NCBI GenBank assembly: GCA_963819055.1
Contig: CAWFUT010000020.1
Coordinates: 7,561-71,560, forward strand
Direction of reading: 5' to 3'
Length of the DNA: 64,000 bases
Origin: an uncultured Acidobacteriaceae bacterium
GTDB taxonomy: Bacteria > Acidobacteriota > Terriglobia > Terriglobales > Acidobacteriaceae
This document shows positions 18,266-29,567 of the stretch, piece after piece; the stretch's first letter is position 1, and every line of letters begins with the position of its first letter. The notes under the pieces are model-generated. The model worked only from the letters and a program-made list of their open reading frames with translations, did not search any database and was not told the DNA's origin. Made by a program: the position numbers and the translations under genes.

Positions 18266-19447
18266 TCAACTCTGCGGTTTATACCACTCCGGCGACGGCC
18301 CCGCCACACTTTCGATCTCTGGAACAAACGTGCGGTCCAACTCCGCGACCAGCGCCCCGAGATTCTCGGCAATCTTCCGCCAATGCTCGGCGTCGCCAAC
18401 CGCATACTGCCCGTGGATCACGGCTTTCTCCGTCGGAGGCAGCGACAGCAGCGCCTTGAAGCCCAGCCCCCAAACCCGATAGGTCACGAGCACGCTCTTT
18501 CCCCAGGTTCCAATGGAAACACTCAATTCCACGGTCAGGTTCGCCGCGGTGCGCCGCGTTAGGAGGAAGTCGCCGGATTCGCCGCGGCAGCTATATCCCA
18601 TGGGTTTGAAGACGTTCTCGAGAGCGGGCTTCTTCGGTCCCGAGTTGGCCTCGGGTCCAAACTGCTGCCACACCTCCTGGTGCGCGGCCAAATCATGCGG
18701 CAGGCCGGCGCGGCTTACGATCTCCGGTAACTGCTGGCGATAGCGCAGCACCACCTCATGCACCGCTTTCGCCTTCTCCGGATCGGCGCTTGGAACCATG
18801 GTTCCGATAGGCAGCCGAACTCCGGGCACCGCCTGCCCGGGTTCGAGTTTCTCAGCTATTGGAGCCTGTACGGTCTTGCGCGCTTTACCGCATGCCGCCA
18901 GCACAGTGGCGATAGCGGGGGGAGGCGCCGGCAGCTTCTTGCTGTTCATCTCGGGGTCCACCACGGTGCACGCCGAGAGTGACCGGTTGCGCCCATTCAC
19001 CCACCAGCTATCGGTCAGGAGAATCCCCGGCATCATTCCGGCTGAGGGAGTTAGTGTCGGCACATCGCCGCCAAACTCGGGCGCACAAAAATGCAGGGCG
19101 ATGGTGTGAAAGGGAAACGAGCGCGGAACTCCTGTAGCGATCTCCTGCAGCGTCGCGTACGGAATGCTTTCGCCCGCGCCCGCCGACATGGGGCCATTAG
19201 AAATACGCCGCGCGCCGGGAATGTTGGGCATGGGCTGGGCGTCGGTCACGAAGCGCGCCAGCTCAGGATGCCGCTTCAGGACCCGATCGACGCTGGAGAC
19301 GCCACCCCCGATCTGCGCATCGCCAAAGTTGAAGCGGATAAACGGCTCGATGCCGGCATCCAGAAATCCCTGGTGGACGCGGTCCATCATGGCCAGCAAC
19401 GGTTCTTTCCTGCTGGCCGCAAACGAAGTCATCAGCGCAACTCGCAT
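18266..19447 (-). CDS. Hypothetical cytoplasmic protein
   Basis: I prefer the ATG at 19447 (GGAG 11 nt upstream) to the TTG at 19474. It is a long ORF with ordinary composition. I recognise no motif. Confidence 0.5.
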   Translation of the reverse strand: MRVALMTSFAASRKEPLLAMMDRVHQGFLDAGIEPFIRFNFGDAQIGGGVSSVDRVLKRHPELARFVTDAQPMPNIPGARRISNGPMSAGAGESIPYATLQEIATGVPRSFPFHTIALHFCAPEFGGDVPTLTPSAGMMPGILLTDSWWVNGRNRSLSACTVVDPEMNSKKLPAPPPAIATVLAACGKARKTVQAPIAEKLEPGQAVPGVRLPIGTMVPSADPEKAKAVHEVVLRYRQQLPEIVSRAGLPHDLAAHQEVWQQFGPEANSGPKKPALENVFKPMGYSCRGESGDFLLTRRTAANLTVELSVSIGTWGKSVLVTYRVWGLGFKALLSLPPTEKAVIHGQYAVGDAEHWRKIAENLGALVAELDRTFVPEIESVAGPSPEWYKPQS

Positions 19448-19620
19448 AAGGCAAGAGCTCCAATCGGGGCGCAAGTGAAAAGCAAGCTATAGCTATTGGA
19501 ACATGCCTGGCAAGAGGCCGCCGGCTTTCCCTCATACCAAGGTATCGACGATACCTTCGTCCAATAGATTTCTTATCGCGGTGATGGTGTGATGCGCATG
19601 TACATCGGGTAGGAGGCGCA

Positions 19621-19872
19621 ATGACGCAACCGACAAGCTTTCAGACGGACATTCGCCCGCTCTTTACGGAGCGGGATATTCAAGGCATGGCAAAAGGGTT
19701 CGACCTGCGAAGTTACGATGAGGTCAAAAAGCACGCTGCCGCCATCTACGATCGCATTCGGGGGATCGGCGGCGCGGTAATGCCGCCCCCTCCGCCAAGA
19801 GGAGAAGGTCCCTGGCCGCAATCTCGCATTGAACTATTCGCTAAATGGATGGCCGACGGCTTCCAACCTTAG
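19621..19872 (+). CDS. Small conserved hypothetical protein (83 aa)
   Basis: MTQPTSFQTDIRPLFTERDIQGMAKGFDLRSYDEVKKHAAAIYDRI..MPPPPP..W. The ORF is compact, non-overlapping and co-directional with the following genes. Confidence 0.45.
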   Translation: MTQPTSFQTDIRPLFTERDIQGMAKGFDLRSYDEVKKHAAAIYDRIRGIGGAVMPPPPPRGEGPWPQSRIELFAKWMADGFQP

Positions 19873-19907
19873 TCGACAACGACGTACGACGCCTTGAAGG
19901 AGGACGT

Positions 19908-20435
19908 ATGCCAGACGAGAAAACAGGAAACGCCGCTAGTGCGAGTCAAGCGCTGCAGCCCATAAATACAAATCCTCTCGACTTCGTGCCTGACAAAATT
20001 CCTTTCGACACTCCGTATGGGCCGCCGATATCGCTGGACCGAGCCCAGTCGGTTATTCACGCGGCGGTGGCAGAGGCGAAGAAGCGGGATTGGAAGATGA
20101 ACGTCGCGGTGGACGATTCCGGCGGCAACCTCGTCGCGTTCCAACGAATGGACGGCGCGATGCTTGCCTCCATTCAGATTGCCGAGCACAAGGCGCGAGC
20201 AGCCGCGACCTTCCGGCGCCCAACCAAGGTCTTCGAGGACGGTGTCAAGCTTATGCATCTCAATTATCTACTCGCATTCGACGGAATCATTACCTCTCGA
20301 GGCGGCATTCCTTTGATCGACCAGGGGATGATTATCGGTGCCATCGGTTGTTCGGGAGGCACGGATTCCCAGGACGAAATCGTTAGCGAGGCGGGCGCGG
20401 CAGCCCTTAACCAACTCCCGGCAACGAACAAATGA
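19908..20435 (+). CDS. GlcG/HbpS-family (DUF336) heme-binding-like protein
   Basis: GAAGGAGGA precedes the ATG at 19908. The motifs are NVAVDDSGGNLVAFQRMDGA, IAEHKARAAATF and GGIPLI..G.IIGAIGCSGG. Confidence 0.8.
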   Translation: MPDEKTGNAASASQALQPINTNPLDFVPDKIPFDTPYGPPISLDRAQSVIHAAVAEAKKRDWKMNVAVDDSGGNLVAFQRMDGAMLASIQIAEHKARAAATFRRPTKVFEDGVKLMHLNYLLAFDGIITSRGGIPLIDQGMIIGAIGCSGGTDSQDEIVSEAGAAALNQLPATNK

Positions 20436-20501
20436 TTCAGATCTTGAGAACACGTTGGGTCAATCACCCGTTTTCGGAACCTGAATACACAGGAGAATGT
20501 C

Positions 20502-21347
20502 ATGACAACTGCAAGCGCACCTACGAAACTCGCACAGATTCGCGTCGCCCGGCGGTCGCCCGCCTATTGGCGAGTCACGATCGACAATCCGCCGATCAAC
20601 GTGATGGGCCCGGAAATGGTCAAGCAGTTCCAGGAAGTCATCAACGCTCTCGAGGCCGACGAGCAGGTCAGGGTCGTGGTCTTCGACAGCGCGGTCGACG
20701 ACTACTTCCTGAATCACTCCGATTTCACGGCCAAGCTTGAGGACCTGACCTCACTGCCGGACGGGCCCACAGGCTTGCCGCCCTGGCCGGACTTTCTGGT
20801 GCGTCTGACCCGCTTGCCCGTCGCCTCCATCGCCCTCATCCGCGGCCGCGCGACCGGCAACGGCAGCGAGATCACGCTGGCCTGCGACATGAGTTTTGCC
20901 AGCCGCGAGAAGACCATCATCTCGCAATGGGAGGTGGGCGTGGGAATGGTCGCCGGCGGCGGCCCCATGGCTCGCCTTCCCCGACTCATCGGCCGAAACC
21001 GCGCCCTCGAGGTGCTCTTGAGCTCGGAAGACATCAGGGGAGAGCAGGCCGAGGCCTACGGCTACGTTAATCGCGCCCTGCCCGACGCCGATCTGGATGC
21101 GTTCGTAGAAGCGCTCGCCACCCGGATCGCCAAGTTCGACAAATGGGCGATCGCCCAGACCAAGCGCCTGGTCAACACCAGCCTGCCGCCGGACGTCGAA
21201 CTCGGCGCCGGGTGGGATGCGTGCATCGCTTCGCTCGGGCGGCCCGCCGCACAGGATGGGATCAAGGCGCTGATGGCGCGCGGCTTCCACAAGCCGGGGG
21301 ATGTCGAAAATCGGCTCGGATATTACCTGGGCCAAATCCCGCGCTAG
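20502..21347 (+). CDS. Enoyl-CoA hydratase/isomerase (crotonase) family protein
   Basis: The sequence follows a crotonase pattern: VVVFDSAVDDYFLNHSDF, ALIRGRATGNGSEITLACDMSFAS, and G.GGPMARLPRLIGRNRALE. Confidence 0.8.
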   Translation: MTTASAPTKLAQIRVARRSPAYWRVTIDNPPINVMGPEMVKQFQEVINALEADEQVRVVVFDSAVDDYFLNHSDFTAKLEDLTSLPDGPTGLPPWPDFLVRLTRLPVASIALIRGRATGNGSEITLACDMSFASREKTIISQWEVGVGMVAGGGPMARLPRLIGRNRALEVLLSSEDIRGEQAEAYGYVNRALPDADLDAFVEALATRIAKFDKWAIAQTKRLVNTSLPPDVELGAGWDACIASLGRPAAQDGIKALMARGFHKPGDVENRLGYYLGQIPR

Positions 21348-21383
21348 GCCGGCAGCGCCGACGCGGTCCTCAACTCCGGGACG

Positions 21384-21878
21384 TTGAGCATGGAGGAAGA
21401 AGAGATGGATTGGAAACGGTTGGCCCATTTTGCGCTGCTGGGCAGCGGTGATCTGGAGCAATACGCCATCCTGCTGGTACGCCTTTCAATCGGGCTGTTC
21501 TTCGCCATCTCCGGGGCCAACAAATTGTTCGTCTTCGGCGGCACGAAGCCTGTTTACGACACGCTCGTTAAGGCCAAAGTCCCGTTTCCACGCCAGACAG
21601 CTTATTTCGTGGCGGGTGTCGAGTTCGTTGGCGGATCGATGCTGACGGTCGGGCTGCTTTCAAGTGCGGCCTGCGCGGCTTTATTGATCGACATGACTGT
21701 CGCCACCCTGACCGAAGCACTTTCCACTCTGCCGCAAGGGCTTTCGCCACTTAGCTGGCTCGACGATTTCCTCTACCTTCCGGAAGTCCTGTACGTACTC
21801 TTCTTTGCGTGGCTGATCTGCTCGGGTCCGGGAAGGTTCAGTGTCGATTACTGGTTCGCCGGCAAGTTGCTGAGCTAA
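21384..21878 (+). CDS. DoxX-family membrane protein
   Basis: There are four hydrophobic segments. The N-terminal part ILLVRLSIGLFFAISGANKLF is typical of DoxX. Confidence 0.7.
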   Translation: MSMEEEEMDWKRLAHFALLGSGDLEQYAILLVRLSIGLFFAISGANKLFVFGGTKPVYDTLVKAKVPFPRQTAYFVAGVEFVGGSMLTVGLLSSAACAALLIDMTVATLTEALSTLPQGLSPLSWLDDFLYLPEVLYVLFFAWLICSGPGRFSVDYWFAGKLLS

Positions 21879-21926
21879 TCGAGCAAGGCCCACATCGACG
21901 TCAAAAATCGGATTGAGGAGGCTAAC

Positions 21927-22291
21927 ATGGCGATTACCACGGAAATTGCGCCGAATGTTTATCGCATCTCGATCTTTGCTCAATGGGGCCACTTCCAGTT
22001 CAACCATTTTCTGGTGAAAGACGATGAGCCACTGCCGTTCCACACTGGCCGCGCGTAATGCACGCGGAGATTCGTGAGGCCGCCTCAAAGCTCATCACCC
22101 TGGCCGAGTTGCGTCACATCAACTTCAGCCGCTTTGAGCCAGACGAGTGTGGGTCGCTCAACGAATGGCCGGCGGCGGCGCCCAAGGACAATCTTGAATT
22201 GGCTCGAAATGACAATCAGGAATCGACATTGAGTCGCTCCACCATCCAGCGCGACGTTCCCTCGACCGGAAAGCCGACAGTTGTTTGCTAA
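21927..22291 (+). pseudogene. Frame-disrupted, truncated relic of an MBL-fold (di-iron/ODP-like) protein
   Basis: The ATG at 21927 (gaggagg upstream) gives MAITTEIAPNVYRISIFAQWGHFQFNHFLVKDDEPLPFHTGRA and then a stop. The homologous sequence continues in another frame (MHAEIREAASKLITLAELRHINFSRFEPDECGSLNEW). It then loses the family pattern and stops after about 120 codons in total. The family assignment is from memory. Confidence 0.4.
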
Positions 22292-22374
22292 GAGCTAACG
22301 GCCAACGGTAAGAAGCAATCCACGATCACGACGCGCGCTCGCGACTCACCATCACGAACTATAATCCTGCTTTC

Positions 22375-23625
22375 ATGCAGAACTTCTTCGCGCGCCGTAC
22401 TTCCTGGAATCTCGCGACCAATCGCTACTCGGATGCTCTCGAGGCTCATCGGCGAGCCGAAAGGGAATTGCTGGATCTGACTGCGTCGAATCCCACGAAC
22501 ATTGGCTTGCATTATCGTGAAGACGAATTGCTGCGCGCGCTGGCGAATCGCGAGTCCTTGCGTTACGATCCGCAGCCGAAAGGTTTGCTTGCGGCTCGCG
22601 AAGCGATTGCAGCTTATTACGCTGAGCACGCTGCGAAGATCTCTCCTGAACATCTCATTCTCACGACCAGCACCAGCGAAGCGTATTCCTTCCTCTTTCG
22701 CCTGCTCTGCGATCCTGGCGATGCCGTTCTGGTTCCAACGCCGAGTTATCCGCTATTCGATTTCCTCGCCGATATTCAGGACGTGAAGCTGTTTCCGTAT
22801 GAACTGGTCTACGATCACGGTTGGCAAATCGAGGCGAAGTCGTTGTTCAATGCGATCGATCGGGCGCCGTCTGCAGGCGCGCGCTGTCGAGCGATCCTTG
22901 CGGTTCATCCCAACAATCCGACAGGCTCGTATCTTAAGCCGCGCGAGATGGAATTGCTGAACAACGTTTGCGCCGAAAACGACATGGCGATCATTGCCGA
23001 CGAAGTCTTCCTGGACTATTCGCTCGCCGCGCAGTCGCCGCTAACATTCGCCTCGAACCAGGACGCGTTAACATTCACGTTGAGCGGCCTGTCGAAGATT
23101 GCAGGCTTGCCGCAGATGAAGGTCGCGTGGATCGCAGCCAGCGGAGCTGCAACGCTGAAGCGGAATGCGCTCGCGCGTCTCGAGGTCATCGCCGACACTT
23201 ATTTGTCGATGAATGCTCCGATTCAGCTCGCGCTTCCGGCGATGCTCGATGAGCGCAGGAATGTTCAGCCGCAGCTGTTGGAGCGCGTGCGAACGAACCT
23301 TGCGGAGTTCGATGCGCAGCTTCGCAGGCAAAAGCTGTGTCATCGTCTGGAGGTTGAAGGAGGGTGGTACGCGATTCTGCGGGTTCCTGCCCGCGGCTCT
23401 GACGAAGATCTCGCTATTGCGTTGCTGGAGCAGGAAAACGTGCTGATTCAGCCCGGACATTTCTACGACTTCGCCGCAGAAGGTTATCTGGTCGTCAGCT
23501 TGATCACGCCGCTCTCGGACTTTGCCGAGGGAATGAAGCGATTGCTGGCGTTTATTCGGCGCAATAAACCCCGACTTCGTGGGAGTACAGCCGCCGTTGT
23601 CCAGGGTTGTCCGTCACAAAAGTGA
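22375..23625 (+). CDS. Class I/II PLP-dependent aminotransferase
   Basis: The motifs are PNNPTG and LSGLSKIAGLPQMKVAW (the Schiff-base Lys). Length and order are typical of AlaA-like transaminases. Confidence 0.85.
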   Translation: MQNFFARRTSWNLATNRYSDALEAHRRAERELLDLTASNPTNIGLHYREDELLRALANRESLRYDPQPKGLLAAREAIAAYYAEHAAKISPEHLILTTSTSEAYSFLFRLLCDPGDAVLVPTPSYPLFDFLADIQDVKLFPYELVYDHGWQIEAKSLFNAIDRAPSAGARCRAILAVHPNNPTGSYLKPREMELLNNVCAENDMAIIADEVFLDYSLAAQSPLTFASNQDALTFTLSGLSKIAGLPQMKVAWIAASGAATLKRNALARLEVIADTYLSMNAPIQLALPAMLDERRNVQPQLLERVRTNLAEFDAQLRRQKLCHRLEVEGGWYAILRVPARGSDEDLAIALLEQENVLIQPGHFYDFAAEGYLVVSLITPLSDFAEGMKRLLAFIRRNKPRLRGSTAAVVQGCPSQK

Positions 23626-23665
23626 AGAACTTCCGCCAAAGCGGGCGAAATCGACGGTATAATAA

Positions 23666-24649
23666 GTGTCTGTGCCTAAGTATTCCATCGTCGTACCCTT
23701 TCATAACGAAGAAGAGAATGTCACCGAGCTCTACGACCGTCTGAAGGTCGTGATGGAAGCTGCGGGCGAGACGTTCGAGCTGGTGTTTGTCGACGATGGC
23801 AGTCGCGACAATACCTTCTGGATGTTGCAGCAGATTGCCTCGGTCGATCGCCGCGTCGTGGTCGTGAAGTTGCGTCGCAACTTCGGCCAGACTTCCGCGC
23901 TGGCCGCAGGCTTCGATCACTGCGAAGGCGAATACGTGATCGCCATGGATGGCGATCTGCAGCACGATCCCAGCGATATTCCGATGTTCCTGCAGAAGCT
24001 GCGCGAAGGTTATGACATCGTCAGCGGCTGGCGCAAACAGCGCATCGATAACTTCGTGATGCGCCGGATTCCGTCGCGCATCGCCAATTGGCTGATGGCC
24101 AAGTTGAGCGGCGTGAATCTGCACGACTTTGGCACGACCTTCAAGGCCTATCGTCGTGAAGTGGTTCAGGAGGTTCCGCTTTACGGCGAACTGCACCGCT
24201 TCATTCCGGCGCTGGCTTCGGCTTACGGCGCGACCATTTGCGAGATCCCGATCCGCAACATCAACCGCGAGCGCGGCGAGTCGCATTACGGCATTTCGCG
24301 TACCTTCCGCGTGTTCTTCGACCTGATCACGATCCGCTTCCTGCTGAAGTACATGTCGCGGCCACTGCACTTCTTCGGCAGCTTTGGCGCGATCAGCTCG
24401 ATGACCGGATTGCTAATTGCGTTCTGGATGCTGATCGAGAAGTTCATACGCGGACGCAACGTGATGGACGAGCACGGTCCGATGTTGGTGTTTGGCGCGG
24501 TGCTGATTGTCGCCGGCGTTCAGTTGATTGCGCTGGGTCTGCTGGGAGAGCTGCAGGTGCGGCATTTCCACGAGCCAACCAAGCGAGCGCCTTACACCGT
24601 CGATCGCGTACTGCGCTCCTCGCACAGCCAGGGCGCACTCGCCGACTAG
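23666..24649 (+). CDS. Family 2 glycosyltransferase (polyprenyl-phosphate glycosyltransferase-like, two C-terminal TM helices)
   Basis: The motifs are YSIVVPFHNEEENV, ELVFVDDGSRDNT and IAMDGDLQHDP (DxD). A C-terminal membrane anchor is present. Confidence 0.85.
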   Translation: MSVPKYSIVVPFHNEEENVTELYDRLKVVMEAAGETFELVFVDDGSRDNTFWMLQQIASVDRRVVVVKLRRNFGQTSALAAGFDHCEGEYVIAMDGDLQHDPSDIPMFLQKLREGYDIVSGWRKQRIDNFVMRRIPSRIANWLMAKLSGVNLHDFGTTFKAYRREVVQEVPLYGELHRFIPALASAYGATICEIPIRNINRERGESHYGISRTFRVFFDLITIRFLLKYMSRPLHFFGSFGAISSMTGLLIAFWMLIEKFIRGRNVMDEHGPMLVFGAVLIVAGVQLIALGLLGELQVRHFHEPTKRAPYTVDRVLRSSHSQGALAD

Positions 24650-24715
24650 CTGCTGATCAGGATTTCGGGCCACTGGATCCACTCTGCAACTCTGTAGTTC
24701 CGCATCTTACGTAAC

Positions 24716-24955
24716 ATGGCGACGCGCAAGATCATCGTCTTTACCCAATCGGATTCTCTGCCTTGTGAAGCGGTCAAGTTGTTCCTCAGAGACCGCAAAG
24801 CAAAGTACGAAGAACGCACCGTCGAGGACGACGAAGCCATCGTGCGCGAGCTCGAGGAGAAGTACAATAGCCAGTCGACGCCCACCGTGGTGATCGACGA
24901 TCAGGTCGTGATCGGCTTCGACCCTGAACGCATCGACGAACTGCTTGAGCAGTAA
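24716..24955 (+). CDS. Glutaredoxin/NrdH-fold small protein with an SxxC motif in place of CxxC
   Basis: KIIVFTQSDSLPCEAVKLFL..STPTVVIDDQVVIGFD. This is a thioredoxin-fold pattern. Only the second active-site Cys is retained. Confidence 0.7.
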   Translation: MATRKIIVFTQSDSLPCEAVKLFLRDRKAKYEERTVEDDEAIVRELEEKYNSQSTPTVVIDDQVVIGFDPERIDELLEQ

Positions 24956-25932
24956 ATCTCACGCCACGCGCGGTTATCTGTTCATTGCTGCGGCCACATT
25001 CTGCTGGGGATTTTCCGCAGCCATGGGTCGAGCTATGTTCACCGGCCGCTTCTTCGGAGGTGCACATGCGTTGCGTCCGATCGATCCGCTGGTTCTGGCG
25101 CAAAGTCGCACCACCGTCGCGCTGCTGATTCTCGCACCGATCCTGCTGTTCCGGAATCGCCCATCCTTGCGGCTGCGAGGGTCGCATCTGCTGCAGTTCT
25201 TCCTGCTGGGAATTCTCGGACTTGCCGCATCCAACTACTTCTACTATCTCGCCATCGAGAAGACCACAGTCGCAACCGCAATCGTGCTGCAATATGTCGC
25301 GCCCGTTTGGGTGTTGCTGTACATGCTGATTCGCCGCTTGCAACGCCCGACCTTGTTGCGCATCAGCGGTGTCGTGCTCGCAGTTATCGGCTGCGCGGTC
25401 GCGGTTGGCGAAGTTTCGGCGCGAAGCACGTTTCCCTGGCTTACGATGTCAGGTTTGCGGATCAACTCTGTTGGCTTGATGGCAGCAGAAACTGCTGCGG
25501 TCTCGTTCGCCTTCTACAACGTTTACGGACAACACCTGATGCAGATCTATCAGCGCTGGACTGTGCTGGTGTATTCGCTGTTCGGCGCGGCTGTCTTCTG
25601 GATCGTCGTCAATCCTCCATGGAAGATTGCGGCGCAGCATTACAGCGGCGCGCAATGGCTGTTCATGGTGCTGTTCTCGATCACCTCGATGCTGATTCCG
25701 TTTTCGCTGTACTTCACCGGATTGCAGTATCTCGATGCTACGCGCGCCATTGTCACCGCTTGTCTTGAGCCAGTCTGGGCAATTCTGTTGACCGCGATGA
25801 TTCGTGGGCGAACTGGTTTCGCCGATTCAGGTAGTAGGAATTGGCGTCGTGCTGGCCGCAACGATCGTTATCCAGCTTCCCGACCGCAAAGCCCCCAGCG
25901 AGCCGACGATCACCGTCGAGCCAATCGAGTAA
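24945..25932 (+). pseudogene. EamA/DMT-family transporter with an apparent +1 frame disruption near 25797 (or a sequencing indel)
   Basis: The body of the ORF has ten hydrophobic segments. After ..LEPVWAILLTAM the tracked frame becomes Arg/Ser-rich nonsense. The next frame reads FVGELVSPIQVVGIGVVLAATIVIQLPDRKAPSEPTITVEPIE and stops at 25930-25932. That is the canonical EamA C-terminal helix. Confidence 0.65.
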
Positions 25933-26118
25933 AGCTTGTTCGGCAGGTTTTCGTGTAAGCGGCCGCTGCGCGTTTCAGATCTGAGCCAGGAGCGCCGACT
26001 GCCGATTATCGCTGAACGTCGCCGCTTAGGAGCAGTTCATAACATCCTGTCCGGGAGCCTCGCTGAACCCCGCATCGCGTGGCATAGACTGTGTCAGGCC
26101 GGACGGCGACGAGAGGAA

Positions 26119-26658
26119 ATGGCGATGAAACAAATTCTGATCATGCTGATCATATCTTTCACCTGTTTTGCTTATGCCCAGGACAAGAATTCTCCCAGGA
26201 CGCTTAAGGGCGTTTTAGTGGAACAGTTGAAAACTACTCACACTCAGAAGGAATGGTTCGCTTCGGCTGACGATGCGCTGAAAGGCCTCAGCGCTGAGCA
26301 GGCGAACTGGACCGACGGCAAAGGCAATCACTCGATCGCGCAGGAGACGACTCACCTTCTCTATTGGGACAAGTACGAGCTGGACAAGTTCCAGGGCAAA
26401 ACTCCGGCGAGGTACAGCGGCAACAATGACGACACCTTTAGCAAGGTGGACGATAAGCAGTGGGCAGCGACGGTGAAGCAGCTCGACGAGGTCATGACGC
26501 AATGGGAGCAGGCGGTGCAATCGGCCGACGACAAGAAAGTCGCGGAATGGGCTTCCACCATCGCTCACATAGGAACCCACAACGCCTACCACATCGGCCA
26601 GATCGTCTACATACGCAAGTTGCAGGGCTCGTGGAATCCGAGCTTGGGCGTGAGGTGA
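26119..26658 (+). CDS. DinB-family protein with signal peptide
   Basis: The start was moved to the ATG at 26119 (gagagga upstream). The signal peptide is MAMKQILIMLIISFTCFAYA. DinB His motifs are present: THLLYWD and HIGTHNAYHIGQIVYIRK. Confidence 0.75.
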   Translation: MAMKQILIMLIISFTCFAYAQDKNSPRTLKGVLVEQLKTTHTQKEWFASADDALKGLSAEQANWTDGKGNHSIAQETTHLLYWDKYELDKFQGKTPARYSGNNDDTFSKVDDKQWAATVKQLDEVMTQWEQAVQSADDKKVAEWASTIAHIGTHNAYHIGQIVYIRKLQGSWNPSLGVR

Positions 26659-26728
26659 GAATGCTGTCGGTCGAGCAATATCCCAGTTAAGCTAGTGTCA
26701 GATATGCGCCTAATGTGCTAACCAGTGA

Positions 26729-28516
<1,788 letters not shown>

Positions 28517-28519
28517 GTT

Positions 28520-28600
28520 TTGAAGGGGCACAGCTTTAGCTGTGCCGTTACAACTGCCAAATTCTTGTCATTCCGAGCCGACCTCACGCACTCGTTGTAC
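28520..28600. repeat. Composite hairpin-repeat cluster between tetR and fadD
   Basis: ttgaaggggcacagctttagctgtgccgttac followed by cttgtcattccgagccgacctcacg. These are the same two families seen at 18150-18245. Confidence 0.5.
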
Positions 28601-28645
28601 TTCGTCTTCGTATCGCGTTATGTCCATAAGCCCGTCCATGGCACT

Positions 28646-29317
28646 TTATGCGGTGCGCATCCCGTTCAGAAAAATATCCACTACCATGTCCGCCACATTG
28701 GAGAGCTGGTATTCGTGGTCGCTCAGCACCCACGAGGTCACCATCTCGTCGAGCGCTCCGAAGAAGCAGTTCGCAGCGAACTTGTCAGACATGCCAGGAC
28801 GAAAGATGCCGCTCGCCTGCCCTTCCGTGATGGCCTCGCGCACCAGGCCGAGATACTCGATCATGTGATGGTGCGAAAACTCGGCCAGAAAACGCGTGCT
28901 CTGACGCAGCTCCATCTGGAAGACGACCGCCATGCTGCGGTTCGAGCCGAGCGCGTCAAGATGCAGAAACGCCAGCCGCCGCAGCCGCTCTGCCGGGTCG
29001 GCTAGCTTCTTGAGCTCAGTCCGCGCCAGGCTCATAAAGGCATCGAAGGCGGTGTTAATGGCGGTCATCAGGATCTCTTCCTTGCTCTTGAAGTAGAGAT
29101 AGACGGTGCCATCGGCGACGTCGGCGCGATCGGCAATATCGGCCACGCGCGAGCTGAAGAACCCTTTTTCTGCAAAGACGGCGACTGCGGCATCCAGGAT
29201 GCGCTGGTACTTGTCGTTACTTCTACTGGCGGATGGGAGCACTGGATTGTCTGGACCCGTAAGCGAGTTGGGTTCGAATTTCGTCACAGCCGGTTGACTT
29301 CCCAGGCGAGCGGACAA
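28646..29317 (-). CDS. TetR/AcrR-family transcriptional regulator (start codon uncertain; the tracked start is TTG)
   Basis: The HTH region is RILDAAVAVFAEKGFFSSRVADIADRADVADGTVYLYFKSKEEIL. The gene lies immediately upstream of fadD and is co-directional with it. Confidence 0.85.
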   Translation of the reverse strand: MSARLGSQPAVTKFEPNSLTGPDNPVLPSASRSNDKYQRILDAAVAVFAEKGFFSSRVADIADRADVADGTVYLYFKSKEEILMTAINTAFDAFMSLARTELKKLADPAERLRRLAFLHLDALGSNRSMAVVFQMELRQSTRFLAEFSHHHMIEYLGLVREAITEGQASGIFRPGMSDKFAANCFFGALDEMVTSWVLSDHEYQLSNVADMVVDIFLNGMRTA

Positions 29318-29361
29318 CTTGCGCGAAAGCCCGAATCCGCAGGGACGCTGGCGTTGCGACC

Positions 29362-29377
29362 GAATGAGTACTCATTC
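29362..29377. promoter_or_regulatory. Perfect 16-bp palindrome, candidate TetR operator
   Basis: GAATGAGTACTCATTC is its own reverse complement. It lies 45 nt upstream of the tetR start, in the divergent region shared with the peroxiredoxin operon. Confidence 0.45.
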
Positions 29378-29567
29378 ACTTTAACGCCCAATGAAAGGTT
29401 CCGCAATTGGGCATTAGCAGTGGATTCCAAAATGGAATGGCGTCCCTACACAGCGGTACTCCGCCCTTGACAACCAGTCCGCTGGCGGAGGCGACGAGTT
29501 GATGGGACAATGCTATTACTCTGCCCATCGCAGTCGATGAAGCGACGAATCGTAGAGGAGAGAATCG

